Shown here in pieces: positions 20,501-32,758 of a DNA stretch of 64,000 nucleotides. The DNA lies in NCBI GenBank assembly GCA_963665115.1, contig OY762007.1:672001-736000 (forward strand), in the 5' to 3' direction. Below the pieces are notes generated by a model that worked only from the letters and a program-made list of their open reading frames with translations, had not been told where the DNA came from and did not search any database. The position numbers and the translations under genes are program-made. Position 1 is the stretch's first letter. Each line of letters starts with the position of its first letter. Source of the stretch: an uncultured Rivularia sp. (GTDB taxonomy: Bacteria > Cyanobacteriota > Cyanobacteriia > Cyanobacteriales > Nostocaceae).

Positions 20501-23500
20501 TAGTTGAGCATCTTTACGAGCGCTGATATCTTCAACTACTCCGATGAGATATTTAATTTCTCCGGAAGTTTCGCGTATTGTGGAAGCTGTCACATTTGTC
20601 CAAATCTTCTGCTTATCTTTTGTATTAAAGGCTTTCTCCATTGCAAACACGTCAATTTGATTGTTAGCAATCTGTTGACAATAATCGAGATATTCTGCGA
20701 TGGAATCGGAGTGGGTAATGTCGGAACATTGGAGTTTTAATAATTCCGTTTGAGAATAGCCGACAATTTGACAAAACTGCTCGTTGACTTTGATAAACTT
20801 ACCTTCTGGAGAAACTTGAACAATTCCGACGGCAGCATTTTCATAAATGGCGCGGAATGCTTCTTCTCGTTCCCGTAAAGCTGTTTCGGCACGTTTGAGG
20901 GCGGTAATTTCTATTAATATATTTCCTATTCCTACGGGGGCATTATCTTCACCAGGAATGGGAAAGTAAGAAACTAGAAAATCACGAATTACTGAAGGTT
21001 CTGCAATGGAAGCACCGCTAAATTTATTATTAAGAATAGGTTGATTGGTTGCTAAAACTTGTTGATAAATTGGTTCTACGCTAGGAGCTATTTGAGGTAC
21101 AATTTCTTGAATCGTTTTCCCCAAATGTTCTTCTACCGATACACCGTTAATTTCAGCAAGTAATTCGTTGATTTGAATATATCGTAACTCTTTATCTAAA
21201 ATAGTTAATCCTATAGGGGCATTGCTGAAAAAAGCATTTAAGCGAGCTTCTCTTAAAGCTACTTCCCTTTCTAATATTTTACTTTGGGTGATATCGCGTC
21301 CTTCAACAATTAACAAGACTACTCGATTATTTTCATCAAATATTGGTTTGATAGAAGAGTCAATTGTCGAGTTCACGTTAGAAGAGGCGATAACTTCAAC
21401 TTCCGAATGAATCAATTCACCATTCGCAGCTTTTTTAATTGTGGCTGTTAATTTATCTTGACTACAGCAAATCTTGTTTCCTAAAGATTCCCAAAAGAAT
21501 GTTTCTACAACTTCAGTTTCTTCGACACCAAAGAAAATCAGAGCAGTTTGATTGAGCGAAATAATTTTGCCATTTGGTTGTAGCAGAGCAGTAAATCCAA
21601 AACTAGAATTAAAAATTGCCCGAAAACGTCTTTCGCTTTCCTGTAAAATATATTGAGCTTGCTTGCGTTCGGTAATATCTTTATAAGTACCCGTCATCCT
21701 TACAGGCATCCCAACAGAATCGCGCTCAATAATTTGTCCGCTACATAGAATCCACTTCCAATCTTGATTTTTACAGCGCATCCGGAATTCTACTTGATAA
21801 ATCGGACTTTTTCCTTGTAAATATGCTTTTAATTCTTTGTGGATAAAATGCCAATCTTGCGAATGTATAACTCGTCGTAAACTCAAAGCATCTTCGCCAA
21901 TCTCTGCATCTTCATAGCCCAACATTTGCTTCCAACGCGAATCGCGATAAACTTTCTCGTCGCGAATATTCCAATCCCATAATCCTAAATCGCTGGCTGT
22001 TAAAGCGAGTTGTAATCTTTCTTCGCTGTCTCTGCGAGCAGTTTCTGCTTGTTTGCGTTTAATTAATCCTCCTAGCTGTGCTGCAACAGCGCTGACTAAT
22101 TCCAGTAAACGTTTATCCCGACTGTTAGTACTGCATTTGAAAATCATCAAAACAGCTAGCACTTCGTCTCCGTTCAAAATCGGTACTGCAAAACAGCTTT
22201 TGAAGCCTACTTTTAAAGCTATTTCTTTACGCATAAACCGTATTGAAGAAACCCGAGAAATATCTTCTAACCATTGCGTTTGTTTGCTATCTCGAACTAC
22301 TCCCGGTATTCCTAACCCATTTTTGGATATTAGAGTTTCGCTAATACGGCAAAACTCTTCTAAACTATCTTGTTTTTTATCCCAACCCTGAGAGTATTCC
22401 AGAGTTTGATCGTCGCTACTGGAAATCCACGCTTCCCCAAAATCCCAATTAATATTTTTACAAATTAATCGTAAAATTAAACTAAAAGCGCTATCTATAT
22501 TAATTGCTTTACTAATAGCTTGAGTTACTTGTAATAACAAACGAGTTTCCAACAAAGCCTGTTTGAGTTCGGTTATATCCCTTGCAGTTGCTAAAACGTA
22601 TTGTTGTCGATCGATTTCGATTAACTCTGCACTCAATAACGTTGTTCTTACTTCTCCCCCAGCAGCGCGAACATCCACTTCTTGGTTGCGAATTGTACCT
22701 TGATAAGCTAAAAGTGTGGCTAAACCATCACATTGCTCTAAATCTTGCCGAAGTCCTAAATCTTTTACATTAGATCCAATTACCTGTTCTCGGGTATAAC
22801 CAAAAAAATTACAAAAACTATCGTTAACTTCTATATAAGTATAATCAGGGAAAGTACTTAGAGAAATTGGATCGGGACTAGAACGAAACGCCGCAGCCAG
22901 CTTCTGCTCGCTCAAACCTCTTGCGGCTTCTGCTGCTTGTCGCAATCGCGCTTCCAACGTCAAAGAAATCAAGTTGCCATTAGCACGTCCAAAATTTAAG
23001 TCTTCTTGCGTCCAACAATGCGATTCTTCTACCGCTTCCAGACATAATATTCCAGCGGTGATGCCTCCCAAACGCACGGGAACGCAGAATAAAGAAGTAA
23101 TATTAAAAGGTTCGAGATAAGTCTCCCTCAAATCCTGGGTTTCTCACATCAAGAAGAGGATTATTAGTAGCAATAATTTCATCGGCATTCAAAGCTTGAA
23201 AGAAATTTGGATAATCTGCAATCCCGATTGAAATTCCTTCAACATGGCGGTTATGACTCCACTCAAATAAATTGACGCAGCGCATTATCGAAGCATTTTG
23301 CTCATACAGCCAAACGCTGGCTCGCTCTACCTCAATATTACCCGCAGCAGCTTCAGTTATCCTTTGTAAAGCCAGTGTCAAATCGCCATTATAAATCGCC
23401 GGATTTCTAGCTAATTGCGTTAATACCAAGTTGTTTTTGCGTAATTTATAAGCACTTGTTAATAATGCTTGCTGCACTTTTTTTCTTCCAGTAATATCAT

Positions 23501-25385
23501 GTAAAGTGCTAATTACTTTAGTTACCTTACCTTCGTCGTCGTACAAAGGCATAGAGCTATAACGCACATCGACGGGATTACCGCGTTTATTTAGATAAGT
23601 TGTTTCCCTTTCAAAAATCGGTTGGCTACCTAAAAGCCTTTCAAAAGCTGATGATTCCTTTACAATCAGTGAAGGCAATACAAAATTAGTGAAAGGGCGA
23701 TTAATTAATTGATTCGGCTCGTACCCCAAAACTTTCTTCACCGCCGAATTGACAAAAGTAATACATCCGTTCGTATCCGTTGACCAAATAATATCTTGGG
23801 ATGTCTCAACTAGCAATCGATATTCACTTTCACTCTTCTTTAAAGCAGTTTCTGCTTGCCGACGATTATTAACTTCTTCTTGGAGTCTTCTGCGTGCCAG
23901 ACTTTCTTGCTCCAATAACTGAGCTTGAGCTAAAGCAATTCCCAACTGTGCCGCAATAGATTCCAAAAAATCCACCTCAGTAGGCATCCACTGACGCTTT
24001 GAATTAGCTTGATGCAAGCAGATGATACCGTTTGCTTCACCTTTATAAGAAGTTCGTATCGTCAGCATCGATTTAATGCCGACTTCGCGACATTTAGCAA
24101 TAATATCTTTTAACAAAGGTTGTTGTTCTACATCATCAGTAACAATAGCCTTGTCTTGGCTTAATACCGCCTTGAAATAGGGATTATCCGCAGGGGGATT
24201 CTTCGGTGTAATAATTGAACTATAGCCAGGAGCAAGATATTCTGCTTTCGTAGTAATTTGGGCAACTGGCGAAGATGCGTAGCTAAAAATCGCTCCCCGA
24301 TTGACATTCAAAGCCGAACCTATCTGTTGAATTGCAGTATTTAATATTGAATCCGCATCAAATTCCGCACGAATCTTATCAGAAATTTCCTTCAATAATT
24401 GACTTTTATTAAATTCTTTTTGCAGCTTCACCTCAGCTTGCAAACGTTCGTTTGCAAAAGAAATAGCAGAAGCAGCAGCTTGTAAAAATGCGATTTCTTC
24501 AGCTTCCCAAATTATGGCTTCAGAACGATTTTCAAAACGAATGAATCCTAAAAAATCATCCTTAACTACGATTGGTAAAATCAAAATTGCTTGAATACCT
24601 AAATAAAGAAGCATTGAGCGTTCTTCTTCAGGTAAATCTGCAACCAAGCTACAGATAATATCACCTTTAAAAAGTAAATTTTGCCAGCGTGGAAAAAGCT
24701 GCTCGTAACAATGTATTTCGCTTTGACATCTATTTTGATTATTACCTATATTATTATAATTACACCATTTAATCCCAGAAGAGTGATTTTCAATAAAGCA
24801 TACAGAAGTAGCCCTAGAAGCAATTCTCAAGCTTTCGGTAATCTGAGAATAACAATTGGTACTACCATCAAAACCTAATAAAATACGCTGAATTTCCACC
24901 AAAGCAGTCAAATAAGCTTCGCGAGACTTATATTGTTGATTGCGGATACTTAATTCAGATGCAACATTTTGTAGTTCATGGTTTTGTTTTTTCAACTGTG
25001 TTTGTAATTTTTGAATAGTGAGTTGATTTTCAACCCTAGCTAAAACTTCTTCGCTCTGTAACGGTTTAGTAATATAGTCAATTGCGCCTAAATCAAAAGC
25101 CTTAACTTTCTCAGAAACTTCGTCTATGACGCTGAGAAAAATTATGGGAATATCCCGAGTAATTTGATTTGTTTTTAGATGCTGACAAACGGTATAGCCA
25201 TCCATATCGGGCATGACAGCATCGAGTAAAATTAAATCCGGAGGAGAAGTTGTAGCCGCATTAATAGCCAACCTTCCGGCGATCGCCCTTTGAACTTGAT
25301 AACCTCGATTAGTCAGAATATCTGATAAAAAATGTAAATTTTCTGGTCGATCGTCAACTATAAGAATTTTTATATTTTGATTCAT
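17513..25385 (-). CDS. Giant hybrid sensor histidine kinase (REC, multiple GAF/PAS, HisKA, HATPase, REC), ~2,600 aa; split by one extra base near 23141
   Basis: N-terminal REC (ILIVDD...DLILLD), many PAS/PAC (DITERK) and GAF domains, FLTNMSHELRTPL, NLLGNAIKFT, DTGIGI, GTGLGL, C-terminal REC; a GAF domain spans the 23103/23131 ORF break. Confidence 0.88.
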
Positions 25386-25449
25386 AAACCACCAGCAATA
25401 ATTTTACTTTTTGATATTCCCCATCTCTCCTACTACCTTAATTACTACT

Positions 25450-26985
25450 TTATACTTTTTCACCTAATATTTGTTGAGTAAAATTAAGAATAATATCAAG
25501 ACGAAAATTTTGAGTTAACTCTGTCAAGTTTTTCGATAACAATGCTTGACTTCCTGGTACTTCTTCTATCAGACGTTCTAATAACTCTTCATCAACATTA
25601 TTTGCTGCTCGATGTAAATTCAACAGCCAACTTCGAGGCATTGTCATTAATTCTTCAAATAATGAAGTATGAGATAATTTTCTATTCGTTTTATGATTAG
25701 AATTGAGCGTAGTATTGTAAGTACCTAATTGAACATTTGCGGCATTATTTTTTGTCACATCAAGCTCAATATCAAATGTAAAAATAGATCCTTTACCCAA
25801 AGTACTTGTTACCTGAATTTCTCCTCCCATCATTTGCACAAACTTACGGGTAATAGCCAACCCTAAGCCAGTTCCTTGTAAAGATTTTCGTCCCGCATCA
25901 GCCTGTGTAAATGCATCAAATAAGTTTTCCAATTCCGAGGCAGAAATACCACACCCAGTATCTTCAACTTCAAACAAAAGACGATAAGAATTAGAAATAT
26001 TGCTTTTCTCTCCCGCTTCATCTACAAAACTGACTCGTAACGTGATGCTTCCTTGAAAAGCAAATTTAATTGCATTGCCGATCGGATTGCTCAAACAACT
26101 GCGTAATTTCTTTGCATCGGTATAAATATACTGAGGTACATTAGACGCTACTATAATATTGAACTTAATATTTTTGTGTTCTAACTTGATTTGAAATATT
26201 TCTTTAATATCTTCCAGTAATAAATATAAATCAAACCTTTTTTCGTTTAATTCAACAGCACCCGCTTCAATTTTAGATAGTTCTAAAATATCATTAATTA
26301 ATTCGAGTAAATGATGACCGCTACGATTAATAATGTTGATATCTTCTTGTCGATCGGCATTTAATAAACAGTCATCGCTCATTAATTTAGAAAAACCGAT
26401 AATTGCATTTAAAGGAGTTCTCAATTCATGACTCATATTAGCCAGGAAATTACTTTTAGCTTGAGATGCTGAAATTGCTGCTATTTCGGCTTTACGTCGT
26501 TCTATAATTTCATGCTGAAGCTGTTGATTTTGCGCTTTTAATTGCCGAAAAAGTCTTAGAATAGTTAATTGATGCTTGACTCTTACTAATACTTCCTCAA
26601 CTTCAAATGGCTTGGTTATATAATCTGCACCACCTAATTTAAAAGCCCGAACTTTTTCGGAAACATGATGTAAAGCACTTAAAAAAATTATCGGAATATC
26701 ACAAGTTTTTTGACATTCTTTAAGTTGTTTACAAACTTCATAGCCATCCATGTCCGGCATTTTAATATCTAACAGATCTAACAGAATTAAATCCGGTGGA
26801 GTTAACTGTGCAACCGTAAAAGCCATTGAGCCAGAAGTTACTGACTGCACTCTATATCCATTTTCAGATAAAGTAGCGGATAGAATTTTAAAATTCTCTA
26901 AATTATCATCAATTATTAAGATATTTTCTTCACCAACTTGTCTGCACGAATCACTTTTCATTGCTGATATGGGAAAAACCAACAT
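25450..26985 (-). CDS. REC-HisKA-HATPase hybrid histidine kinase
   Basis: ILIIDD, PDLILLD, FLANMSHELRTPL, DTGCGI, GTGLGL; start may lie slightly downstream. Confidence 0.88.
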   Translation of the reverse strand: MLVFPISAMKSDSCRQVGEENILIIDDNLENFKILSATLSENGYRVQSVTSGSMAFTVAQLTPPDLILLDLLDIKMPDMDGYEVCKQLKECQKTCDIPIIFLSALHHVSEKVRAFKLGGADYITKPFEVEEVLVRVKHQLTILRLFRQLKAQNQQLQHEIIERRKAEIAAISASQAKSNFLANMSHELRTPLNAIIGFSKLMSDDCLLNADRQEDINIINRSGHHLLELINDILELSKIEAGAVELNEKRFDLYLLLEDIKEIFQIKLEHKNIKFNIIVASNVPQYIYTDAKKLRSCLSNPIGNAIKFAFQGSITLRVSFVDEAGEKSNISNSYRLLFEVEDTGCGISASELENLFDAFTQADAGRKSLQGTGLGLAITRKFVQMMGGEIQVTSTLGKGSIFTFDIELDVTKNNAANVQLGTYNTTLNSNHKTNRKLSHTSLFEELMTMPRSWLLNLHRAANNVDEELLERLIEEVPGSQALLSKNLTELTQNFRLDIILNFTQQILGEKV

Positions 26986-27245
26986 TTGATATAGCTTTCT
27001 ACGCTACCAGCCTAAATCACCATGCGACAGTGACGGGCATCACTGTGGAGTGAAAATTATTAGATGGGGGTGAGGGGGATGGGGAGACAAGGAGACAAGG
27101 ATAATTTTAACCTTTGACCTTTGTTAATTACTGCTCGCTGCTGCATTACTTAACCGATCGATAACACTTGATAAAGCAGACTTTGCGGATGCGCTCTCCC
27201 ATACAAAACCGTCATTATTAAGATGACGGCTAAAAGGAGCAAACA

Positions 27246-27866
27246 ATGGAAATAAAGTCAACTAACCCAATAACATCCCCTGCAAACGTTCCCTCTGGCT
27301 ATTTAAACATCATGGGTTACGTTGATGAGTCAGAAGTAAATGGCCCAGGAAGTCGGGCTGTTATCTGGGTACAAGGTTGCAAGCGAGAATGTGGGGGGTG
27401 TTTCAATCCGAATTCTTGGTCATTTGAAATCAATCAACTTGAATCGGTTGATTCCCTCGCTGAAAAAATTCTCAGTAAACCCGGTAATAAGGGTATTACA
27501 TTTTCGGGAGGAGAACCATTTTGGCAAGCAACCGAGTTAGCCTCTTTAGCACGTAAAGTCAAAGCTTCCGGACTAAATGTAATGGCTTTTACCGGCTTCA
27601 CTTTAGAAAATTTACAGTCAGAAAAAGCACCCGCAGGTTCTCAAGAATTATTAGAACAGTTAGATATTTTAATCGATGGCCCTTTTATAGAATCTTTAGC
27701 AATCAATTCTCCCAACTCACCCGTTTCATCCAGCAATCAACAGGTGCGTATATTTAATCCAGACTTTGAAGACAAAATTACCTGGGCTAGCGATCAAATT
27801 GAAATTCACGTATTTAAAGATGGTAGTCGCTTAGTTACTGGTTATAAGGGTTGGCACGAACAGTAA
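27246..27866 (+). CDS. Radical SAM / NrdG-like 4Fe-4S activating-enzyme family protein
   Basis: VNGPGSRAVIWVQGCKRECGGCFNP (CxxxCxxC), GITFSGGEPF, DILIDGPF. Confidence 0.88.
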   Translation: MEIKSTNPITSPANVPSGYLNIMGYVDESEVNGPGSRAVIWVQGCKRECGGCFNPNSWSFEINQLESVDSLAEKILSKPGNKGITFSGGEPFWQATELASLARKVKASGLNVMAFTGFTLENLQSEKAPAGSQELLEQLDILIDGPFIESLAINSPNSPVSSSNQQVRIFNPDFEDKITWASDQIEIHVFKDGSRLVTGYKGWHEQ

Positions 27867-28018
27867 TAGATTTGGGAATTGGGATTTGGGCATGGGGCAT
27901 GGGTAATTGGTAATTGGTAATTGGTAATGATTCTTTATTCCCCCCATCTCCCCTAACCGTACTTACAAAAAAACCCCAAATCAATGGGGCATTGAGGGGT
28001 TATAAACGTCTCGAATGC

Positions 28019-28786
28019 TTATTTTATTGTTGTCATAGGCTTGTCTGCGTTATTAACATAGCCTCTGAACAAAGACTCGTATGCGATCGCACTACTTTGA
28101 GAATCCGTTACATCTGATAAATTCTGTTTAAACCAATGGCTTGCTAAACGGGCAATTTCTTCTAATGCACCTGTTTCTTTAAATTGACGGCTTGCATTAG
28201 GGATAATTTTTAATTCTTTGTCAGATGCTTGAATCTGTTTAATTGTGTCTTCATTTGTGGCAATTGTGGGCAAATCATTCTCACTCACAATCAATAAAGT
28301 AGGAGTTTTTACTTGAGATAAAATCTCATGGGCTAAACAGGTATTTCCGCTACAGGAAACTACAGCCCCTACCGCTATTGGATTTTCTACTGCTGCAAGT
28401 AAAGCCGCACCCGCACCCGTTTGCTCTCCGAAATAACCAATTTTTAGATCGGCGGTAAGAGAATAATTAAGCAGCCAGTTTGTTGCATCAGTTAATCTTT
28501 TAGCAAGAAATTGAACGTTACTACTGCAATGTCTGCTGCGTAAATCAATTGCTTCTTCTTGAGGAGTTAATAAATCAATTTGTACGGTAGCAAGTCCGGC
28601 TGTTTTCCTTAATAAATGAGCAAGGTAGCGATTGCGAGTGCTGTAACTACCAACTCCACTACTATGTACAAATATAACCATTCCTTGGCAGTTTCGAGGT
28701 AAAACGATTTCTGCTTGCAAACGAATAGAATCAAGTTCGATTGAAACTATTTTTTCTTCAATGTAATTCAAAGCAGTTGGATTCAT
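28019..28786 (-). CDS. Dienelactone-hydrolase-like alpha/beta protein, probably catalytically degenerate
   Basis: DLLTPQEE..D, LAKRL...WL, IGYFG.., EEIARLASHWF family motifs; nucleophile and His positions substituted. Confidence 0.75.
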   Translation of the reverse strand: MNPTALNYIEEKIVSIELDSIRLQAEIVLPRNCQGMVIFVHSSGVGSYSTRNRYLAHLLRKTAGLATVQIDLLTPQEEAIDLRSRHCSSNVQFLAKRLTDATNWLLNYSLTADLKIGYFGEQTGAGAALLAAVENPIAVGAVVSCSGNTCLAHEILSQVKTPTLLIVSENDLPTIATNEDTIKQIQASDKELKIIPNASRQFKETGALEEIARLASHWFKQNLSDVTDSQSSAIAYESLFRGYVNNADKPMTTIK

Positions 28787-29293
28787 TTTGGTATCCTTTT
28801 TTTTTAAATGGTAATTATTTATTACTATTACCAATGTATATTGTCATTGCCCTGGTTCAGTAAATAATCGTATCCGAGGCATTACTAATTTGACAAGTAT
28901 TTTTTGATTAATAGCAACCGCGAACTAAGCAAATTGCTTAAAATATGACTGGGGAGCAATATTTAACCTATTTATTCAACAAATCCAGCTTAATACTTAG
29001 TAACAAACGAAAGTAACAAGCAAGCTTTTAAGCCAATATGTTTACAAAATGTAAAGCTCGTTTTCAGAAAAAATTGGTATGCAAACAAACAAGCTGTTCG
29101 GCTCCGAGCGCAACTTAATTATTTTATTTATAGGCTAAAAATTTGAGGAAGTTGTGAGTATTAATTCTATTTTATAAATTGTAATGATCGAGTATCTGAA
29201 TAAACAACTTGCTTAGGATATATTCCGTAGGTAGTAGTTTGTACTTGTAGTTGTTAGCCTGGCGGAAGGAGAGGGAGCGATACGGCAGGGTAC

Positions 29294-30640
29294 TTACTTT
29301 CCATTAGCTTTTAATACCGCAGCATATTGTTGTTCAACATCTTGCTTATCTTCCTCGAAAGACAATCCTTGACAACTACCTTTTAAGATCAAATCTGCAT
29401 GACGGCGCAAGGCTTTTTTGTCTTGAGGATTTTCTGTATATTCAGCAATGACGGCTATGGATTCTAATAAACGAATGGTAACAGCTACATCGTTAGAACA
29501 ATTTTGGCGAATTTGATTGAAAGCAGTATCAGTTAATCCTGAAAATGTTACCGGATGAGCAATAACACGGAGATTGTCAAATCCATCGTAACGATAAGGG
29601 GAAGGAAAATCGGTTTGAGCTAAACGAGCCAGCCCATCACTGAGGTGATCTATGCAGCGAATAGCGGTGAACGGATCGTTAAGGCTGGGAGATAAGGCGC
29701 GTAAAGCTATTTCTACTAATTCATTTATGGGAAATTCTATATCTTGCTGTTCGTTACGTTCTCTACCTAAAATAAATGCTTGATGAATTTGCTTTTGAAT
29801 ATCGTTAAAAGGTGTGGTGGAATTTCCAGTTTCCATCGCCAAAATTTTGACGGTAGTACCTCCTTTAATCGTAAATTTCCCCGGTGGAGTTAATATTTTT
29901 ACTATTAAGTTATGTTTGCAAGCTATATCCATCAATTTATCGGTATCAATTGCTTGGACGTAACCTTTACTTGAAGCTCTAATAGGAAAAGCTTCTTTAT
30001 CAAAATCTTCGGGAATTATTGCCTCTGAATGCTTGTGCTGCGGTTCGCTGTATCCGATTTTTTTGGGGAATAATCTTTCTATTGCTCGATCTAATTCTTG
30101 ACTAATTTGAGAGATGACATAGGAAACCTGAATAATAGTTGATGCATGATGAATAAAGTAGATTAGCACTCCGGTACAAATTACGGCTAAAATAATTCCT
30201 ACTGTTACCGAAAGATGCGGTACAAATTGATTTCTATCCTCAGCGCTTCCGTAAATTGCTCGCAATATTAATAAGGAATAAACAAAAGTGCTAATAAAAG
30301 TCCCAAGCACTACTTTGTTTCCTACATCCTGCATGAAATTACGCAGAATCCGAGGCCCGAAGTTTGAAGAAGCAAGCTGAAGTGCCACTATAGTAATAGA
30401 AAAAGCCGTTGCAGTAATACCAATTGTTGAACCTGCAACTGTTGAAAGTACACCACGGGCACCGTCAGCACTACCTGTATAAATCCAACCCCATTTTTCA
30501 AGAGGGCCGTAATAACCAAGTCTATCCAATCTGAGTAAACCAAAGGCTAGCACGGTAAACATAATCGCCATCACCGTAGGTACAAACCAGTAGCTTGAAT
30601 TAAGGGAATCCCACAGTTTACCCAGCTTGATATTTTTCAT
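29294..30640 (-). CDS. DUF2254 family membrane protein
   Basis: SSYWFVP, FSITIVALQLASSNFGPR, IALRALSPSLNDPFTAIRCID. Confidence 0.88.
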   Translation of the reverse strand: MKNIKLGKLWDSLNSSYWFVPTVMAIMFTVLAFGLLRLDRLGYYGPLEKWGWIYTGSADGARGVLSTVAGSTIGITATAFSITIVALQLASSNFGPRILRNFMQDVGNKVVLGTFISTFVYSLLILRAIYGSAEDRNQFVPHLSVTVGIILAVICTGVLIYFIHHASTIIQVSYVISQISQELDRAIERLFPKKIGYSEPQHKHSEAIIPEDFDKEAFPIRASSKGYVQAIDTDKLMDIACKHNLIVKILTPPGKFTIKGGTTVKILAMETGNSTTPFNDIQKQIHQAFILGRERNEQQDIEFPINELVEIALRALSPSLNDPFTAIRCIDHLSDGLARLAQTDFPSPYRYDGFDNLRVIAHPVTFSGLTDTAFNQIRQNCSNDVAVTIRLLESIAVIAEYTENPQDKKALRRHADLILKGSCQGLSFEEDKQDVEQQYAAVLKANGK

Positions 30641-30643
30641 TGT

Positions 30644-31690
30644 TTATGATTTATCAATAATCGAAGCATTGAAGGTGTTACCATCTCCACTGTTGCTTCG
30701 GGATTGGTTTTTAATCAGTCGGCTTAGGGAACCACCAATGCTGCGACTGCTTGGAACTTCCCCGTAAGCTGGCCATCCTTCTCGCTGACGATTTCTGTTG
30801 CCATCTGTCTCTTCGGTTTGATCGTGGAACAGAATTTGTTGAGTGGGGAACGGCATATCAACACCGTTAGCCGTTAACTTATTTTTAACAGCGGTAAGTA
30901 CTTTATCCCGAAAATCTAAGGTATCGGCGCGACGGGGAGGATTAATCCACCATCTACCGCGAATATTAACGGTAAAGTCAGCTAATTCCATCACAAGTAC
31001 ATCCGGTGCAGGGTCGCTAAGAACACCTTCAGTTTCCCGTATTGTTTCCAAGATTAACTGTTTAGCGCGATCAATATCATCCCCATAGCCGATACCGAAA
31101 TCATATTCTATACGTCGTTTGTCAAAAGCAGTATTTACAGTGACGGAATTAGTAAATAATTCGGCATTAGGAATTACAATTCGACGACCATCATAAGTTC
31201 TAATTTTAGTCGCTCGCGTTTCAATACTTTCTACAGTTCCCTCAAAGTTTTTAAATACAATTTGGTCGTTAATTTCAAAGGGTTCGGTAAGTAAAATTAA
31301 AATTCCTGCTAGGAAGTTTTGCAAAATATCGCGGAAAGCAAAACCAACTGCCACACCACTGATTCCCAATAAATTCACTAAATCGCCAATTTTAAACGAG
31401 GGAACAACAATTGTTAGCGCTACAAATGCACCGATTAAAATTATCGTACCCTGTGCCAAACGCCCCAAAACCATTCCCAAGCTGCGAGCATTGCGACGAT
31501 GGCGGGTTACTCGTCTGATTGCTAACTTAATACCCCTAGCAAGAAAGAAAAAGACAACAAAAACAACAATTGCCAAGAGAATACTTGGCAATCGAGCGAT
31601 AGTATTATCTATCAATAATTGAGTTCTATCCCAAGCCGACGTTATTTCCTCTTTTGCTTCTGATGCAGACGGTGCCTGTGCAATCATCAT
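30644..31690 (-). CDS. Mechanosensitive ion channel (MscS family)
   Basis: GVAVGFAFRDILQNFLAG, EGTVESIETRAT, IVIPNA, FGIGYGDD, MPFPTQ. Confidence 0.92.
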   Translation of the reverse strand: MMIAQAPSASEAKEEITSAWDRTQLLIDNTIARLPSILLAIVVFVVFFFLARGIKLAIRRVTRHRRNARSLGMVLGRLAQGTIILIGAFVALTIVVPSFKIGDLVNLLGISGVAVGFAFRDILQNFLAGILILLTEPFEINDQIVFKNFEGTVESIETRATKIRTYDGRRIVIPNAELFTNSVTVNTAFDKRRIEYDFGIGYGDDIDRAKQLILETIRETEGVLSDPAPDVLVMELADFTVNIRGRWWINPPRRADTLDFRDKVLTAVKNKLTANGVDMPFPTQQILFHDQTEETDGNRNRQREGWPAYGEVPSSRSIGGSLSRLIKNQSRSNSGDGNTFNASIIDKS

Positions 31691-31832
31691 ATTTTAGTTA
31701 ATAATTGGTAAATTGGTAAATTGGTAGTTGGAAATTGGAAATTATTAATTGGGAATTGGTAGTTGGGAATTGGGAATTGGTAGTTGGGAATTGGTAGTTG
31801 GGAATTGGTAATAAATGTTTTTTAATTGTTAG

Positions 31833-31960
31833 TAGGACTTACGCAAAAGTAACGTAACTGCGTCATTACGAGCGACAGCGACGTAATCGCAAAAACCCTG
31901 CGATTGCTTCCCTACACTGCGTTCCGGTCGCAATGACAAATCTCCGTTGCGTAAGTCCTG
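31833..31960. mobile_element. 128-bp MITE with AGGACTTACGCA terminal inverted repeats
   Basis: TAGGACTTACGCAA...TTGCGTAAGTCCTG with internal GTCATTACGA/TCGCAATGAC arms. Confidence 0.75.
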
Positions 31961-32062
31961 GTTATTAGGGAGCAAGATGCTCCCACTACAATAATATATT
32001 TTGTTTAATTATGATACTTCTAATAATGAATTATTGATTTTGATTTATTAACTGGTAACTGC

Positions 32063-32527
32063 TCACTGATTTAACTGATATATTTTCCAAGCGGTGTAAG
32101 TGCCAATGGGACTCCAAATTAAATAAGGAACCAATAATAATGCCGCCCAACCGGAAACTGGTAAAACAAACAAAGTAAGAATTAATCCAATAACAAAACC
32201 GACTCCTCCGACAATTGCCCCTGCTTTCATGCTTTGCAACCAAAGTGAAACTGGAGTGAAAGCCACAACAACAACTTCAAGTAGTAGATAGAAGCCCATT
32301 AAAAACCAAGTTTGAGAGCTACCAGGTTCGCTTTCCCAAACTATATAAGCAGACCATGCACCACAGATAAAAATTACCGTCCAAATTACCGGAATCAGCT
32401 TTTCAAATGTCAACCAACTCGGTCTTTGCAATCGCTTAAACCATTTGATATCTTTTGGTCTGATTATATTACTTGCAAGAGCCACTATTAAAGTTACGGC
32501 TCCGATTACCATCCAGGGTTTTAGCAT
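32063..32527 (-). CDS. TspO/MBR family tryptophan-rich sensory protein
   Basis: WFKRLQRPSWL, IPVIWTVIF, LLLVPYLIWSP; five TM segments. Confidence 0.9.
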   Translation of the reverse strand: MLKPWMVIGAVTLIVALASNIIRPKDIKWFKRLQRPSWLTFEKLIPVIWTVIFICGAWSAYIVWESEPGSSQTWFLMGFYLLLEVVVVAFTPVSLWLQSMKAGAIVGGVGFVIGLILTLFVLPVSGWAALLLVPYLIWSPIGTYTAWKIYQLNQ

Positions 32528-32758
32528 TGTTTTTTTTAATCCGAATAGTTGGATGGGGGATGGGAAGAGGGGGAGACATTATTAAAGTAGTAAGTAGTGA
32601 GTAATGAGTAGCGAGTAAAAATAGACGGGCAGCGATGAGCGATATTCATGACAATAAGAATAAAAAGTGATTTACTTGCTACTCCTAACTCCTCCCAATT
32701 ACCAATTACCAATTACCAATTACCCATGCCCAATGCCCAATCCCCAATTCCCATTTTT

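Noticed and set aside
27180..27245. Hairpin CCGTCAT...ATGACGG just before the RBS of the radical SAM gene as a riboswitch
   Set aside because: Single short stem; I could not match an aptamer consensus
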